In this document: in pieces, positions 29,614-39,210 of the stretch
How positions within the stretch are numbered: the stretch's first letter is position 1
How the letters are laid out: each line of letters begins with the position of its first letter
Assembly: GCA_965263035.1 (NCBI GenBank)
Contig: OZ253580.1
Span: 64,001 to 128,000 of the forward strand
Length of the DNA: 64,000 nucleotides
Reading direction: 5' to 3'
From: Acidobacteriota bacterium
GTDB lineage: Bacteria > Acidobacteriota > UBA6911 > RPQK01 > JAJDTT01
Position numbers and translations under genes: made by a program
The notes under the pieces: generated by a model
Databases searched by the model: none
Told to the model about the DNA's origin: nothing
The model's input: only the letters and a program-made list of their open reading frames with translations

Positions 29614-30926
29614 TGTCCATGGCCGACAGCCGCTGGCAACGTATCGCAACCTTGTGCGGCCTCTACGCCGCCCAGGGACTTCCCTGGGGCTTCATGACCA
29701 TCGCTCTGATTTCGTACCTCACGGCCAAAGGCGTCAACGAGAGTCAGGCCGGTGAACTGGCCGCCATCGTCCTGGTCCCCTGGACCTTCAAGCTGGTCTG
29801 GGCGCCCCTGATCGACACCATGACCATCCGCTCCATGGGCCGGCGGCGGCCCTGGATCATCGGGGCGGAACTGATGATGGGCATCACCCTGCTGGGGCTT
29901 CTCCTCATGGGCAACCTGGAGGGCGATCTGAAGTTCCTGGGTTGGATGTTCTTTCTGCACAACTGCTTCGCCTCGCTGCAGGACGTCTCCACCGACGCCT
30001 TGGCGGTGGATATCCTGCCCCGTAGCGAATACGGGCAGGTCAACGGCTTGATGTGGGGCTCCAAGCTGGTCGGCAAGGGGATCGGCGCCGGTCTCATGGC
30101 CGTGGTGATGAACCACTGGGGGATCCCGGCTGCGGTTCTGGTGCAGTTCGCCATCATGGTGTTAATCATGCTGATTCCTCTGCTGCTGCTGGAGAGGTCC
30201 GGGGAGAAGCGCTTTCCCTGGAGCCGGGGCCGGGCATCCGACGAGGTGAAGGCCCCCAGCGTCCGCAGTCCCTGGGAGGTGCTGCGGGACATGCGTCGCG
30301 GCTTCGCCCTGAGCTCCATGTACATCTTCGCCATTGTCGGAACCATCAAGACCATCGGCTACGGCGTGACGGAGATCGTTAACAAGACCCTCTACACCCA
30401 ACGCCTGGGTTGGAGTTCCGTAGACTACTCTGTCGTGTCGGCTTACGCCGTGGTTCCCGAGCTCGTGGGAGCCATCGGGGCCGGGTTCCTGGCCGACCGC
30501 TTCGGCCGCCGCCGGGTCATGGGCGTCAGCCTGGGAGCATCGGCCCTCCTGGCTCTGCTCTTCGGCGCATTGCCCGAACTCTGGTCCGCCACTTGGTTCA
30601 CCACGCTCTACCTGGTGCTGGCGCCGGCCCTGTGGGCCGTCGTTGGCGTCAGTTTCCTTTCGTTCTCCATGCGAATCACCTGGACGCGTTCCGCGGCCAC
30701 CATCTTCACTACCTACATGACCCTCTCCAACGTGGGTCATGTCATCGGGAACTGGATGGCCGGACCCGTCCGCGAGGCCTTCTCCTTTGAGCACTCGTTC
30801 ATGGTCTCGGGTCTGATGATCATCGTGCCCATCCTGCTGCTCCCGCTGGTTCGGCCCGCCCAGGTCGACCGGGCCCGGAAGCTGGACACAACGACCGCGC
30901 AGACTTCCTATGAACCTGGGAAATAG
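29613..30926 (+). CDS. MFS transporter, AmpG-like family
   Basis: LYAAQGLPWGF, PWTFKLVWAPLID, GRRRPWI, QDVSTDALAVD. Confidence 0.87.
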   Translation: MSMADSRWQRIATLCGLYAAQGLPWGFMTIALISYLTAKGVNESQAGELAAIVLVPWTFKLVWAPLIDTMTIRSMGRRRPWIIGAELMMGITLLGLLLMGNLEGDLKFLGWMFFLHNCFASLQDVSTDALAVDILPRSEYGQVNGLMWGSKLVGKGIGAGLMAVVMNHWGIPAAVLVQFAIMVLIMLIPLLLLERSGEKRFPWSRGRASDEVKAPSVRSPWEVLRDMRRGFALSSMYIFAIVGTIKTIGYGVTEIVNKTLYTQRLGWSSVDYSVVSAYAVVPELVGAIGAGFLADRFGRRRVMGVSLGASALLALLFGALPELWSATWFTTLYLVLAPALWAVVGVSFLSFSMRITWTRSAATIFTTYMTLSNVGHVIGNWMAGPVREAFSFEHSFMVSGLMIIVPILLLPLVRPAQVDRARKLDTTTAQTSYEPGK

Positions 30927-31174
30927 AGCCGAAGTCTGAGAAGAATTCCAGAATTTCGCAGGAGAGTATTGTGGTTCAAAGACACCAGCGATGCGCACGA
31001 CGGACGCGGTGCGGAGGCTTGCGGGCACTTTGGGCTCGAATGACTCGCCGGGTCGCCTAGTGCGTGACGAAAGAGATTTTATCTTCCGTCACTTTCTGAC
31101 CGTATGGCGACATCTCCCGCGTACAAGCTGCGCTCGGCGAATCCGCTTTGCATGAAAACTTTCAACGTTTCCAG

Positions 31175-31281
31175 GAGGCTGTCCGAGAACTCGAAAAATC
31201 ACAGTCCAAAAAAAATATCCCCTTATAATTCAATAACTTAAAGATATCGATTTGGAAAAAACCGAATTCTCGGACAGCCTC
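31175..31281. mobile_element. 107-bp AT-rich MITE
   Basis: Perfect 15-bp TIR GAGGCTGTCCGAGAA / TTCTCGGACAGCCTC; flanks CCAG / CTAG. Confidence 0.75.
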
Positions 31282-31350
31282 CTAGTGTAGTGTCCCGTTA
31301 GTTCGTGTATAATAATAGGCGGTTCCTCATTCAGAAAGGAGACTGCCTAT

Positions 31351-33115
31351 CCTGCATTTCTCATCAGTAGAACAATAAACGGAAGTTGAACCGTCGTCTG
31401 GGTGATTCTTTATCCATACGAGTTCAAGAGGCAGTTTTCGTGCTCGAACGTGCCGACCAACGGCCAGATGCAGCGCTTCTCCAGAGCCTTTTGACGCCCA
31501 TCCTGCGCTTCTGAGCGACGACTCTCGACCCGGTGCCCACTCCGGGGCGCAGTCCATCCTGGGGACTCCCAAGTCGCCATCGTCCAAAGAGTTCTTTCCA
31601 TCCGTTGCTAACAGCGAAGCGGGAGGGCTTGCACTTGCGTCAGAGCCGTCCTCAACAGCGCCGCATACGGATAGCTCTCGGAAAAGGACAACCAGACCTT
31701 GCGGCTGGTGATCCGGACCTGTGCCCCGATCTTCAGCAATCTCACCCGCAGGGTCCAGCTCTGCGCCCGCGCCAGCTTCGTCCCCGCCAGCCCCACCCGT
31801 CGCAACGTCTCCATCATCACGTAGGCGAATGCCGAGAAATACAACCGCAGTTGATTCCCCGCCAGCTTCCGGGTCGACGTGCGGTCCGCAAACAGACCCA
31901 TCTGCTGTTCCTTTATCCGATTCTCCATGTCTCCCCGCGCGCAGTAGACCTCCTCGTACAATCTTCGCCCATCGCATTCCTGGACCGGGACCGAAGTCAC
32001 GATGAATCGCGGGTTCTTTCCCCGGGGCAGGTGCTCCACCTTCGCCACCACCCGGCGCTCGCACGACCAACTCTTGTGCGTCTGATAGCGCAGTTCCTGG
32101 AACTGCCTCACGGCCTTCCCGATCGCCCGCTGCAACTGCCGGACGGTCTCCATCCGGGTCGCGATCCTCCGCTTCAGCCGATCGTTCTGCGCCAACCCCA
32201 GGACGTAATCGATCCCTTCCTTCTCGCACCAGACCATCAACTCGTCGTTGGAGAAGGCACTGTCCCCTCGAACCGTGATCCGCACCTGGGGCCACGCTTC
32301 ACGCAGCCGCCTCACGATTGGTTCCAACTCCGCCACCACCCCGTGGGCCGCGCCTCGATCCGCCGTGCGCAGCCGCGCACACAACAGATGTTCCCCACAG
32401 AAGACGTACAGCGGCAGGTAGCAGTAGCGTTTGTAATAGCCGTGGAAGAACCGTCCCTCCTGCTTCCCATGCAGCGGATCGTCCGTGGCGTCTACATCCA
32501 GGATCACCTCCTCCGGGGGCTCCGGATGCGCTTCCACAAACACCTCCAGCAGCAGCTCGTCCATCCCCGCCGGGTCGGCCACGATCTTCTTGTACGCGCC
32601 CTCCGGTCCCTCCAACGGAGTCCGCTCCAGTCGGTTCAGGGTGCTCTTGCCTGCCAGCGGCTTGCCTCGATCCGACTCCACGCGCCGGAACTCCCCCGTC
32701 AGATCATCTCGATCACACAACAGCGCCAAGAGCCGGTCCCGGCACAACTCGTCGTGGTCGTTGAGGTCCTCGTAGCCCAGGCACAGCCCCAGCACCCGCT
32801 GTTTGATCAACGCCTCCACCGGGTGTTCGACTCGATCCGAGTCTCGATAGTCGGTGAAGCATTCGCTCAGACGACCCAGAATCCGGGTCCGCTGCTCCAC
32901 TTCGCGCAGGAGCACGCCACCGGCGTCGGAGGTGATCTCGCCGCCGTCGAACCGGCCCACGACATCCCGTCCGTCCAGGCCCTGAAATCTGAGCTTTATT
33001 CTGGTACACTCTGCGGTCATAAGGTCGCGTCCCTTCTGCTTTGTAAGTTATTGATTACACAACACTTATAGCAGAAAACGCGGCCTTTATCAATCTTTCT
33101 GATGAGATATCCGGG
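31351..33115 (-). mobile_element. IS1380-family insertion sequence
   Basis: TIR CCTGCATTTCTCATCAG / CTGATGAGATATCCGGG; TSD CTAT at 31347-50 and 33116-19. Confidence 0.9.
31608..33020 (-). CDS. IS1380-family transposase
   Basis: FDGGEITSDAG, GYEDLNDH, LDVDATDDPLHGKQEG, RGDSAF, YCARGDMENRIKE. Confidence 0.95.
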   Translation of the reverse strand: MTAECTRIKLRFQGLDGRDVVGRFDGGEITSDAGGVLLREVEQRTRILGRLSECFTDYRDSDRVEHPVEALIKQRVLGLCLGYEDLNDHDELCRDRLLALLCDRDDLTGEFRRVESDRGKPLAGKSTLNRLERTPLEGPEGAYKKIVADPAGMDELLLEVFVEAHPEPPEEVILDVDATDDPLHGKQEGRFFHGYYKRYCYLPLYVFCGEHLLCARLRTADRGAAHGVVAELEPIVRRLREAWPQVRITVRGDSAFSNDELMVWCEKEGIDYVLGLAQNDRLKRRIATRMETVRQLQRAIGKAVRQFQELRYQTHKSWSCERRVVAKVEHLPRGKNPRFIVTSVPVQECDGRRLYEEVYCARGDMENRIKEQQMGLFADRTSTRKLAGNQLRLYFSAFAYVMMETLRRVGLAGTKLARAQSWTLRVRLLKIGAQVRITSRKVWLSFSESYPYAALLRTALTQVQALPLRC

Positions 33116-33117
33116 CT

Positions 33118-34206
33118 ATGCCCCGCGGACGCAAACTTCCCCCCTTGGTACTCAGCGACGAGCAGCGACATCAACTCCAGGGAGTCGCCCGTTCCACCAG
33201 TCTGCCTCACGGCTTGGTCCTGCGAGCCCGCATGATCCTGGCCAGTGCCGAGGGCCTCACCAACCGGGCAGTGGCCGAACGGGTCGGGGCTTCGCCCCAA
33301 GCCGTCGGCAAGTGGCGTCGACGCTTCCTCGAACTCGGCGTTCAGGGCTTGCATGACGAGCTTCGTCCCGGTCGTCCCCGCAGCTACGACGACGAGAAGG
33401 TCGCCCAGGTGATCAGCCGCGCTCTGCAGCAGAAGCCGGCCAACGCCGAGAACTGGAGCGTGCGCTTGATGGGCGCCGCCGAGGGCGTCTCCAAGACCAC
33501 CGTGCAGCGCTGGTTCTCGCTTTTTGGCATCAAGCCTCATCTGGCCCAGACCTTCAAGCTCTCCAACGACCCCTTCTTCATCGAGAAGGTCCGAGATATC
33601 GTGGGACTTTACCTCCATCCCCCCGACCACGCCATGGTGCTGTGCGTCGACGAGAAGTCTCAAATCCAGGCCCTGGACCGGACCCAACGGGCCCTGCCCC
33701 TGGGTCTCGGGTACGTTCAAGGATATACGCACGATTACATCCGCCACGGCACCACCACCCTTTTCGCGGCCCTGGATGCCGCCACGGGTCGCGTGATCGC
33801 TCAATGCAAGAAGCGCCACCGCCACCAGGACTTCCTGGCCTTTCTGAGGTTGATCGACCGGGAAGTGCCGCCCGATCTGGACCTCCACTTGGTCGTCGAC
33901 AACTATGCCACGCACAAGCATCCACGGGTCCGGGCCTGGATTGCCAAGCGGCCACGCTACCACTTACACTTCACCCCCACCTACGCCTCCTGGCTCAACC
34001 AAGTGGAGCGCTGGTTCGGTTTGATCACACAGCGAGCGATCAAGCGCACCTCGTTCCGCAACGTGAGACACTTGGTGAAGACGATTGAGGAATTCACCCA
34101 TCGATACAACCAAGAGGCGAAACCCTTCGTGTGGGCCGCCACAGCCCAATCCATCCTGGACAAGCTAGCACGATTATCTACTCGTATTTCCAGGACACCA
34201 CACTAG
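33118..34206 (+). CDS. IS630-family transposase, separated from its native RBS
   Basis: VDEKSQIQALDR, HDYIRHGTTTLFAAL, DNYATHK, PTYASWLNQVERWF. Confidence 0.93.
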   Translation: MPRGRKLPPLVLSDEQRHQLQGVARSTSLPHGLVLRARMILASAEGLTNRAVAERVGASPQAVGKWRRRFLELGVQGLHDELRPGRPRSYDDEKVAQVISRALQQKPANAENWSVRLMGAAEGVSKTTVQRWFSLFGIKPHLAQTFKLSNDPFFIEKVRDIVGLYLHPPDHAMVLCVDEKSQIQALDRTQRALPLGLGYVQGYTHDYIRHGTTTLFAALDAATGRVIAQCKKRHRHQDFLAFLRLIDREVPPDLDLHLVVDNYATHKHPRVRAWIAKRPRYHLHFTPTYASWLNQVERWFGLITQRAIKRTSFRNVRHLVKTIEEFTHRYNQEAKPFVWAATAQSILDKLARLSTRISRTPH

Positions 34207-34628
34207 TACTCCTTAAACGTTACTCTTCTTATTCCCCTCCTACGGTACCTGCGGGCACGGATGCCAGGGGTCAGGCTCCCGCACTGGTGCGAGCCCTTCC
34301 AGCTAACGCATCCAACCTGGCCGAGGTGCGGAAGCGCTTCTTCAGGGAGTACGACCGCTCCGCCAAGAAAATGAACGATCTACGCAAAGAGTGGTTTCGG
34401 TACCAACACCCCCGCTCACACACGAAACGCGAGAGGCGGCCCAAAGTGAAGGTGCGAAGGTGGAACCCGCCATTTTTTGGCGGATTTCGGGGAGCGAGCG
34501 TTGTATCAGGTGAAGAAACCCTATGAGAGTTGAGCGAATCAGCCACGTAGATCAGGACTGCACTTTGGATCCGGCAATGCGAAGTTGGGCGGAGGCTGAA
34601 ATGGAGAGATCGGTCCTGCCACCCAACG

Positions 34629-34832
34629 ATGCCTAAAGTTCGAGACGCGATCCGTCTCCTGAAACGGGATGGTTGGCTATGGGTACGAACTCGGGGCAGC
34701 CATCGCCACTGCAAACATCCCGAAAAGCTTGGAACCGTTACGATTGCGGGGAGAATGAGCAACGACTTGGCCCCGGGCACTTGGAATAGTATTTTGAAGC
34801 AGGCTGGACTCGATCAGGGGGAATCGTCATGA
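34629..34832 (+). CDS. hicA: HicA-family toxin
   Basis: DGW..RTRGSHRHCKHP..GTWNSILKQAG. Confidence 0.88.
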   Translation: MPKVRDAIRLLKRDGWLWVRTRGSHRHCKHPEKLGTVTIAGRMSNDLAPGTWNSILKQAGLDQGESS

Positions 34833-35080
34833 AGTACACCGTTGTCATCGAGAAATCCGACAACGGTTACTCAGCATATCTGCCGGACATGCCGGGCTGT
34901 GTAGCTGCTGGAGACACTCTTGCCGAAACGGCAGATCTGATTCGTAAAGGCATCGTCTACCACTTGGAAATGCTCCGAGACAATGGCGACCCGACTCCCG
35001 AACCCCGGGCCATGACCCTCCAGGTCACGGTAGAGGAAGCGACACCGGACCTCCGCCGGTCGCAAGCCAGAAATCGGTGA
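34829..35080 (+). CDS. hicB: Short HicB-family antitoxin
   Basis: YSAYLPDMPGCVAAGDT; ATGA overlap with hicA. Confidence 0.88.
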   Translation: MKYTVVIEKSDNGYSAYLPDMPGCVAAGDTLAETADLIRKGIVYHLEMLRDNGDPTPEPRAMTLQVTVEEATPDLRRSQARNR

Positions 35081-35397
35081 TGCGACGTTCATCCCTTCTG
35101 AGACAGGGATCAGAGTGGGCGAGACGGTGATGCGTACCTGGAGCGAACTGAAGCGTGAACATTCTCAGGGCCGGGGTTGTTGCCCTGGGTGCCGAAACGT
35201 GGGCCGATAGGCCGAGCGTGGCACCGGAATTGTAGTCGTCAAGTAATGTCTATAAGCCCCCTTTGTTTAGACGGCCATCTAATCGGTCGCGAGAATGATG
35301 AAGGCTGCGACTTCATCATCCAGTTGTTCGAAATGAATCCATTCGAATCCGACGAGATGTGGCCACCTCCACTTCTGTCAAGAATTCAGGAGGACGC

Positions 35398-35601
35398 ATG
35401 AGGTCAAACATCGCAGAAATTCAGCAGGCGATACTAGAACTTCCTGAATCCAATTTCGTTCGATTGAGACATTGGTTCAACGAGTTGGACTGGGCAGAAT
35501 GGGACCGGGAAATCGAAACGGATTCAGGTTTAGGCAAGTTGGATTTCTTAGTTACGGAAGCCAAGGAAGCGAAAGAGCGGGGCAAGCTTGAAGCACTCTA
35601 G
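35398..35601 (+). CDS. Small antitoxin-like protein, partner apparently truncated
   Basis: GGAGGA RBS; WDREIETDSGLGKLDFL pattern; followed by an MHRTTP stub. Confidence 0.55.
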   Translation: MRSNIAEIQQAILELPESNFVRLRHWFNELDWAEWDREIETDSGLGKLDFLVTEAKEAKERGKLEAL

Positions 35602-35863
35602 ATGCATCGGACAACCCCCGGAAGCACTCCAGCCGGCGGTTCCGGGTCGGCGATGAAGAGGGGGACAAGACTGTCCCCCCTCCCAGGGTGCCCCCATGTT
35701 TTTCTATGGAGAATTTATCCATAAGGGGAAACCACCCTGCCGAACCGAATTTCAAACTTCGATTCACTCGCCACGCCATGAGGACACGGTTCCACCGTTT
35801 GACAGTCGTCTGAGTTGGATGCGAGACTTTAGTAAGACTCGGTAATACTCAGCTAGGGGAAAC

Positions 35864-36121
35864 ATGGGAAGAACCAGCAAGACCATCACATTTTCACTGC
35901 CTCCTGAGTTGGCGGACAGGGTGGAAGAAATCTTGAAACAGGAGGGCCGCACCAGGAGCGCACTTCTGCGAACGGCATTGATCCGGTACATCGAGGAGTG
36001 TGAGTGGAGGCAGTTGCTCCAGTATGGAGAACGGCGGACGAGAGAGAAGGGCATCGGACCGGAGGATGTGGGGCTCCTGGTTGAGGAGTATCGGGCCGAG
36101 GCAGACGCTTCTCACTCATGA
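35864..36121 (+). CDS. Ribbon-helix-helix (CopG) antitoxin
   Basis: KTITFSLPPELA..RTRSALLRTAL. Confidence 0.8.
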   Translation: MGRTSKTITFSLPPELADRVEEILKQEGRTRSALLRTALIRYIEECEWRQLLQYGERRTREKGIGPEDVGLLVEEYRAEADASHS

Positions 36122-36522
36122 GGGTCGTTCTGGACACAAACGTCATCGTCTCCGGCCTTAACTTTCCTGGAAACGAGCGGCTGGTTCTGAATCTGGCCCG
36201 CCGGGGGCGCTTTACACTGTATCTCTCCCCGTTTGTGCTGCTTGAGGTTCGGGGTGTATTGGTGTGCAAGTTTGGTTGGAAGGTGGGGATTTCCGACCGG
36301 GCCATTCGAATGCTGCGCGTCTCGGCAACCATCATTGAACCCCAACAGTTGCCGGACGTGATCGAGAATAACGAAGCCGACAACCGGATCCTTGCGTGCG
36401 CGATGGAGTCCGCTGCCGACTATCTGGTAACGGGCGACCGGCGGCATCTGCTGCCCCTCGGAGAACACCTTGGCACCAAGATCGTCAACGCTCCCCGTTT
36501 TCTGTCTGCCCTCGGGATGTAG
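36118..36522 (+). CDS. PIN-domain toxin
   Basis: VVLDTNVIVS, DNRILACA, YLVTGDRRHLL. Confidence 0.88.
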   Translation: MRVVLDTNVIVSGLNFPGNERLVLNLARRGRFTLYLSPFVLLEVRGVLVCKFGWKVGISDRAIRMLRVSATIIEPQQLPDVIENNEADNRILACAMESAADYLVTGDRRHLLPLGEHLGTKIVNAPRFLSALGM

Positions 36523-36614
36523 TCTCCTCTGGTCCGGCTTCAGAGAATTGTGGTTGCGGGTTAAGGATCCCGGCTCCGGAATCGGGATCGGCGGGCACCC
36601 GCCAATCGAGTAGT

Positions 36615-37352
36615 ATGACGCGCATGCACACCCAGAAACCGCAACACCGGATCGACGTCCTGGAACATGGCCGGGACCGGGACGGGAACGAGCATTCGAC
36701 CGACCGGCGTCTCTTCATGCAACTTCACGTCTTCAGCGGCTGCCGCGACACCGGGCCGCTGATCCAACAGGTCGAGGCCAGCGGGCTGAAGCCGGCCGTG
36801 CTCTATCTGGACCTGAATCATCCGCGAGGAGTCGGGCTCCTGACCATGTCCGAGGACCCGGCAGATTTCGTCACCCTGGTGCGACCGTTCCTGAACGGTG
36901 GGTCCTTCGCCTCCCTCACGCTGCGGCCCGAGTTCACCATGCTGGGAAGGAGCTACGCCAGCGGTTACGAACCCGACGTCGAGGACTGGCTCATCGAACG
37001 TCCCCAGCGAACGGCCCTGAATCCGGATTGGCCCTGGGCCGTCTGGTACCCACTGCGCCGCACCGGCGCCTTCAACGCCCAACCGCAGAACGTGCAGCAG
37101 AGCATTCTGAGGGAACACGGCGGCGTCGGCCGGCTCTACGGACAGCAGGATCTGGCCCACGACATCCGGCTGGCCTGCCACGGAATCGACACCAACGACA
37201 ACGAGTTCGTCATCGGCCTCGTGGGCAAGGATCTCCATCCGCTCTCCCACCTGGTCCAGAGGATGCGTCGGACCCGGCAGACCTCCGAGTTCATGCAGCA
37301 GATGGGACCGTTCTTCGTGGGACGGACCCTGTGGCAGAGCCCGCTGGTCTAA
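36615..37352 (+). CDS. Chlorite dismutase/HemQ-like heme protein
   Basis: WYPLRR, EHG, DIRLACHGID.NDNEFVIGL, PFFVGR. Confidence 0.82.
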   Translation: MTRMHTQKPQHRIDVLEHGRDRDGNEHSTDRRLFMQLHVFSGCRDTGPLIQQVEASGLKPAVLYLDLNHPRGVGLLTMSEDPADFVTLVRPFLNGGSFASLTLRPEFTMLGRSYASGYEPDVEDWLIERPQRTALNPDWPWAVWYPLRRTGAFNAQPQNVQQSILREHGGVGRLYGQQDLAHDIRLACHGIDTNDNEFVIGLVGKDLHPLSHLVQRMRRTRQTSEFMQQMGPFFVGRTLWQSPLV

Positions 37353-37477
37353 GAGAACCAACCGCGACCACACCCCGGTACGCCAGCTCGCAGAAACAGG
37401 TAAGGGCGATTCGGGAGGCGTGGCTATGCGTTCCGGCGAATTCCATGCATTGATGCCTCGTTTGTCACTTGGGAGTG

Positions 37478-37530
37478 CGGCGGCAAGAAAGTCGCCGCTC
37501 CCATTCGGCGGCAAGAAAGCCGCCGCTCCC
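37478..37530 (+). repeat. Tandem pair of intact REP-like hairpins (family A)
   Basis: CGGCGGCAAGAAAGTCGCCGCTCCC and CGGCGGCAAGAAAGCCGCCGCTCCC. Confidence 0.8.
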
Positions 37531-37570
37531 ATTGGCATTTGTTATCCTGATTGGAAAAAGGGGGAAACCC

Positions 37571-38179
37571 ATGAGTTTCTTCAACCGGTACTTCTTCGTT
37601 GGTCTGGCTGCAGGTGTGGGGCTCACGGTCGCACTGATCCTGGTCGCCGGCCTTTTGATCACGCTCCAGGTCCGGCAGCAGATGGACGACCTGGGCGATC
37701 TGGGCGGAGGCCTGCCACCCCCGCCATTTCCCCAGCAGGAATCGCTTACCGACGTGGAGTGGAAGCTCCAGAGTCTGGACGGGGAGGAGACTTCGCTGTC
37801 CGCGTTCGAGGGGAAGGTGCTCTTCGTCAATCTCTGGGCCACGTGGTGCGGCCCGTGCGTGGTCGAAATGCCCGGCATTCAGCGGCTCTACGAACAGTTT
37901 CCCCAAGAGGACATGGCGTTCCTGCTGGTCTCCGACGAACCGCCGGACGTGGTCGAGACGTTCGTCCAGGAGAAGGGGTGGGAACTACCCTTGTACGTCT
38001 CGGACGACGAGAAACCCTCCGCCTTCGAGAGCCGGGGGATCCCGGCGACCTTCATACTGGACCGGATGGGCCGGATCGTGTTCCGGCACGTGGGGAGCGC
38101 CCGCTGGGACGACGAATCGTCCGTCCGCTTTTTGAACGAACTGCTGGAGAAGGGGGCCATGGAAGGAGACAGCACATGA
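37571..38179 (+). CDS. TlpA-family thiol-disulfide oxidoreductase
   Basis: N-terminal TM; NLWATWCGPC, IPATFILD. Confidence 0.92.
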   Translation: MSFFNRYFFVGLAAGVGLTVALILVAGLLITLQVRQQMDDLGDLGGGLPPPPFPQQESLTDVEWKLQSLDGEETSLSAFEGKVLFVNLWATWCGPCVVEMPGIQRLYEQFPQEDMAFLLVSDEPPDVVETFVQEKGWELPLYVSDDEKPSAFESRGIPATFILDRMGRIVFRHVGSARWDDESSVRFLNELLEKGAMEGDST

Positions 38180-39189
38180 GCGGGGAACGACAGGGACCGC
38201 GCGTCCTGGTCACGGACTATGCCTGGCCGACCCTCGACCCGGAGAAGGAGATCCTGGGGCGGATCGGAGCCTCCCTGATGGTGGCTTCTACGGGCGAAGA
38301 GGACGAGCTGGTGGAGATGGCGGCCCAAGCCGACGCCATCCTGACCTGCTGGAAGGCGGTGTCGACGCGGACGATCCGGGAGGCCCCGCGCTGCCAGATC
38401 ATCTCCCGCTACGGGATCGGCCTGGACAACATCGACATCCCGTTCGCCACCGAACAGGGCGTCATCGTGGCCAACGTTCCCGCCTATTGCCTGGAAGAGG
38501 TCACCGACCAGGCCCTGGCGTTGCTTCTGGCCTCGGCCCGCAAGGTCGTCCTCTTCGACCGGGAGGCCAAGGCAGGCCGCTATGGAATGGCGCCGGGCCG
38601 GCCCATCTTCCGGATCCGGGGACGGACTCTGGGCATCGTGGGATTCGGAAAGATCGGCCGCACCCTGGGCCGCAAGGCCCGGGCCTTGGGCCTCAAGGTC
38701 GCCGCCTTCGACCCCTATCTCGACGATTCGTCCGTGCGGGAGCACGACGCGGAGCCGATGGATCTGGATCGCTTAATGGAGGTCAGCGACTACATTTCCA
38801 TCCACGTTCCTCTCAACGCCGAGACCCATCACCTCTTCAGCCGGGAGGCCTTTCGGCGGATGCGGCCCGAGGCCTTCCTCATCAACACTTCCAGGGGGGC
38901 CGTGGTGGACACGGCCGCGCTGGTGGAGGCGCTCGATGCGGGCGAGATCGCGGGCGCGGGATTGGACGTGCTTCCCCAGGAGCCGCCGGAGCCGGGCGAT
39001 CCGGTGGTGCTCCACCCCAAGATCATCATCACTCCCCACGCCTCCTTCTACTCCCAGGAGTCGCTCCTGGAACTGCAAACCACGGCAGCTCAGCAAGTTG
39101 CCGATGTTCTGTCAGGCAGGGTCCCGGACTGGGTCGTGAATCCCGACGTCCTCCGGCGGCCCAATCTTCGTGCCTCCATCGATCGCTGA
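38176..39189 (+). CDS. D-2-hydroxyacid dehydrogenase (CtBP/SerA-like)
   Basis: RYGIGLDNID, GIVGFGKIG, INTSRG, AGLDVLPQEP, TPHASFY. Confidence 0.92.
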   Translation: MSGERQGPRVLVTDYAWPTLDPEKEILGRIGASLMVASTGEEDELVEMAAQADAILTCWKAVSTRTIREAPRCQIISRYGIGLDNIDIPFATEQGVIVANVPAYCLEEVTDQALALLLASARKVVLFDREAKAGRYGMAPGRPIFRIRGRTLGIVGFGKIGRTLGRKARALGLKVAAFDPYLDDSSVREHDAEPMDLDRLMEVSDYISIHVPLNAETHHLFSREAFRRMRPEAFLINTSRGAVVDTAALVEALDAGEIAGAGLDVLPQEPPEPGDPVVLHPKIIITPHASFYSQESLLELQTTAAQQVADVLSGRVPDWVVNPDVLRRPNLRASIDR

Positions 39190-39210
39190 AACAGGAGGAG
39201 TTCAAGCACC

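Larger units (their letters stand above)
31285..34203 (+). mobile_element. IS630-family element carrying a nested IS1380
   Basis: Imperfect TIR GTGTAGTGTCCCG / CAGGACACCACAC; TA duplication within CTAG at 31283-84 and 34204-05. Confidence 0.85.

Noticed and set aside
34207-34526. Coding-like fragment right of IS630
   Set aside because: No recognisable motif or start; cannot be supported
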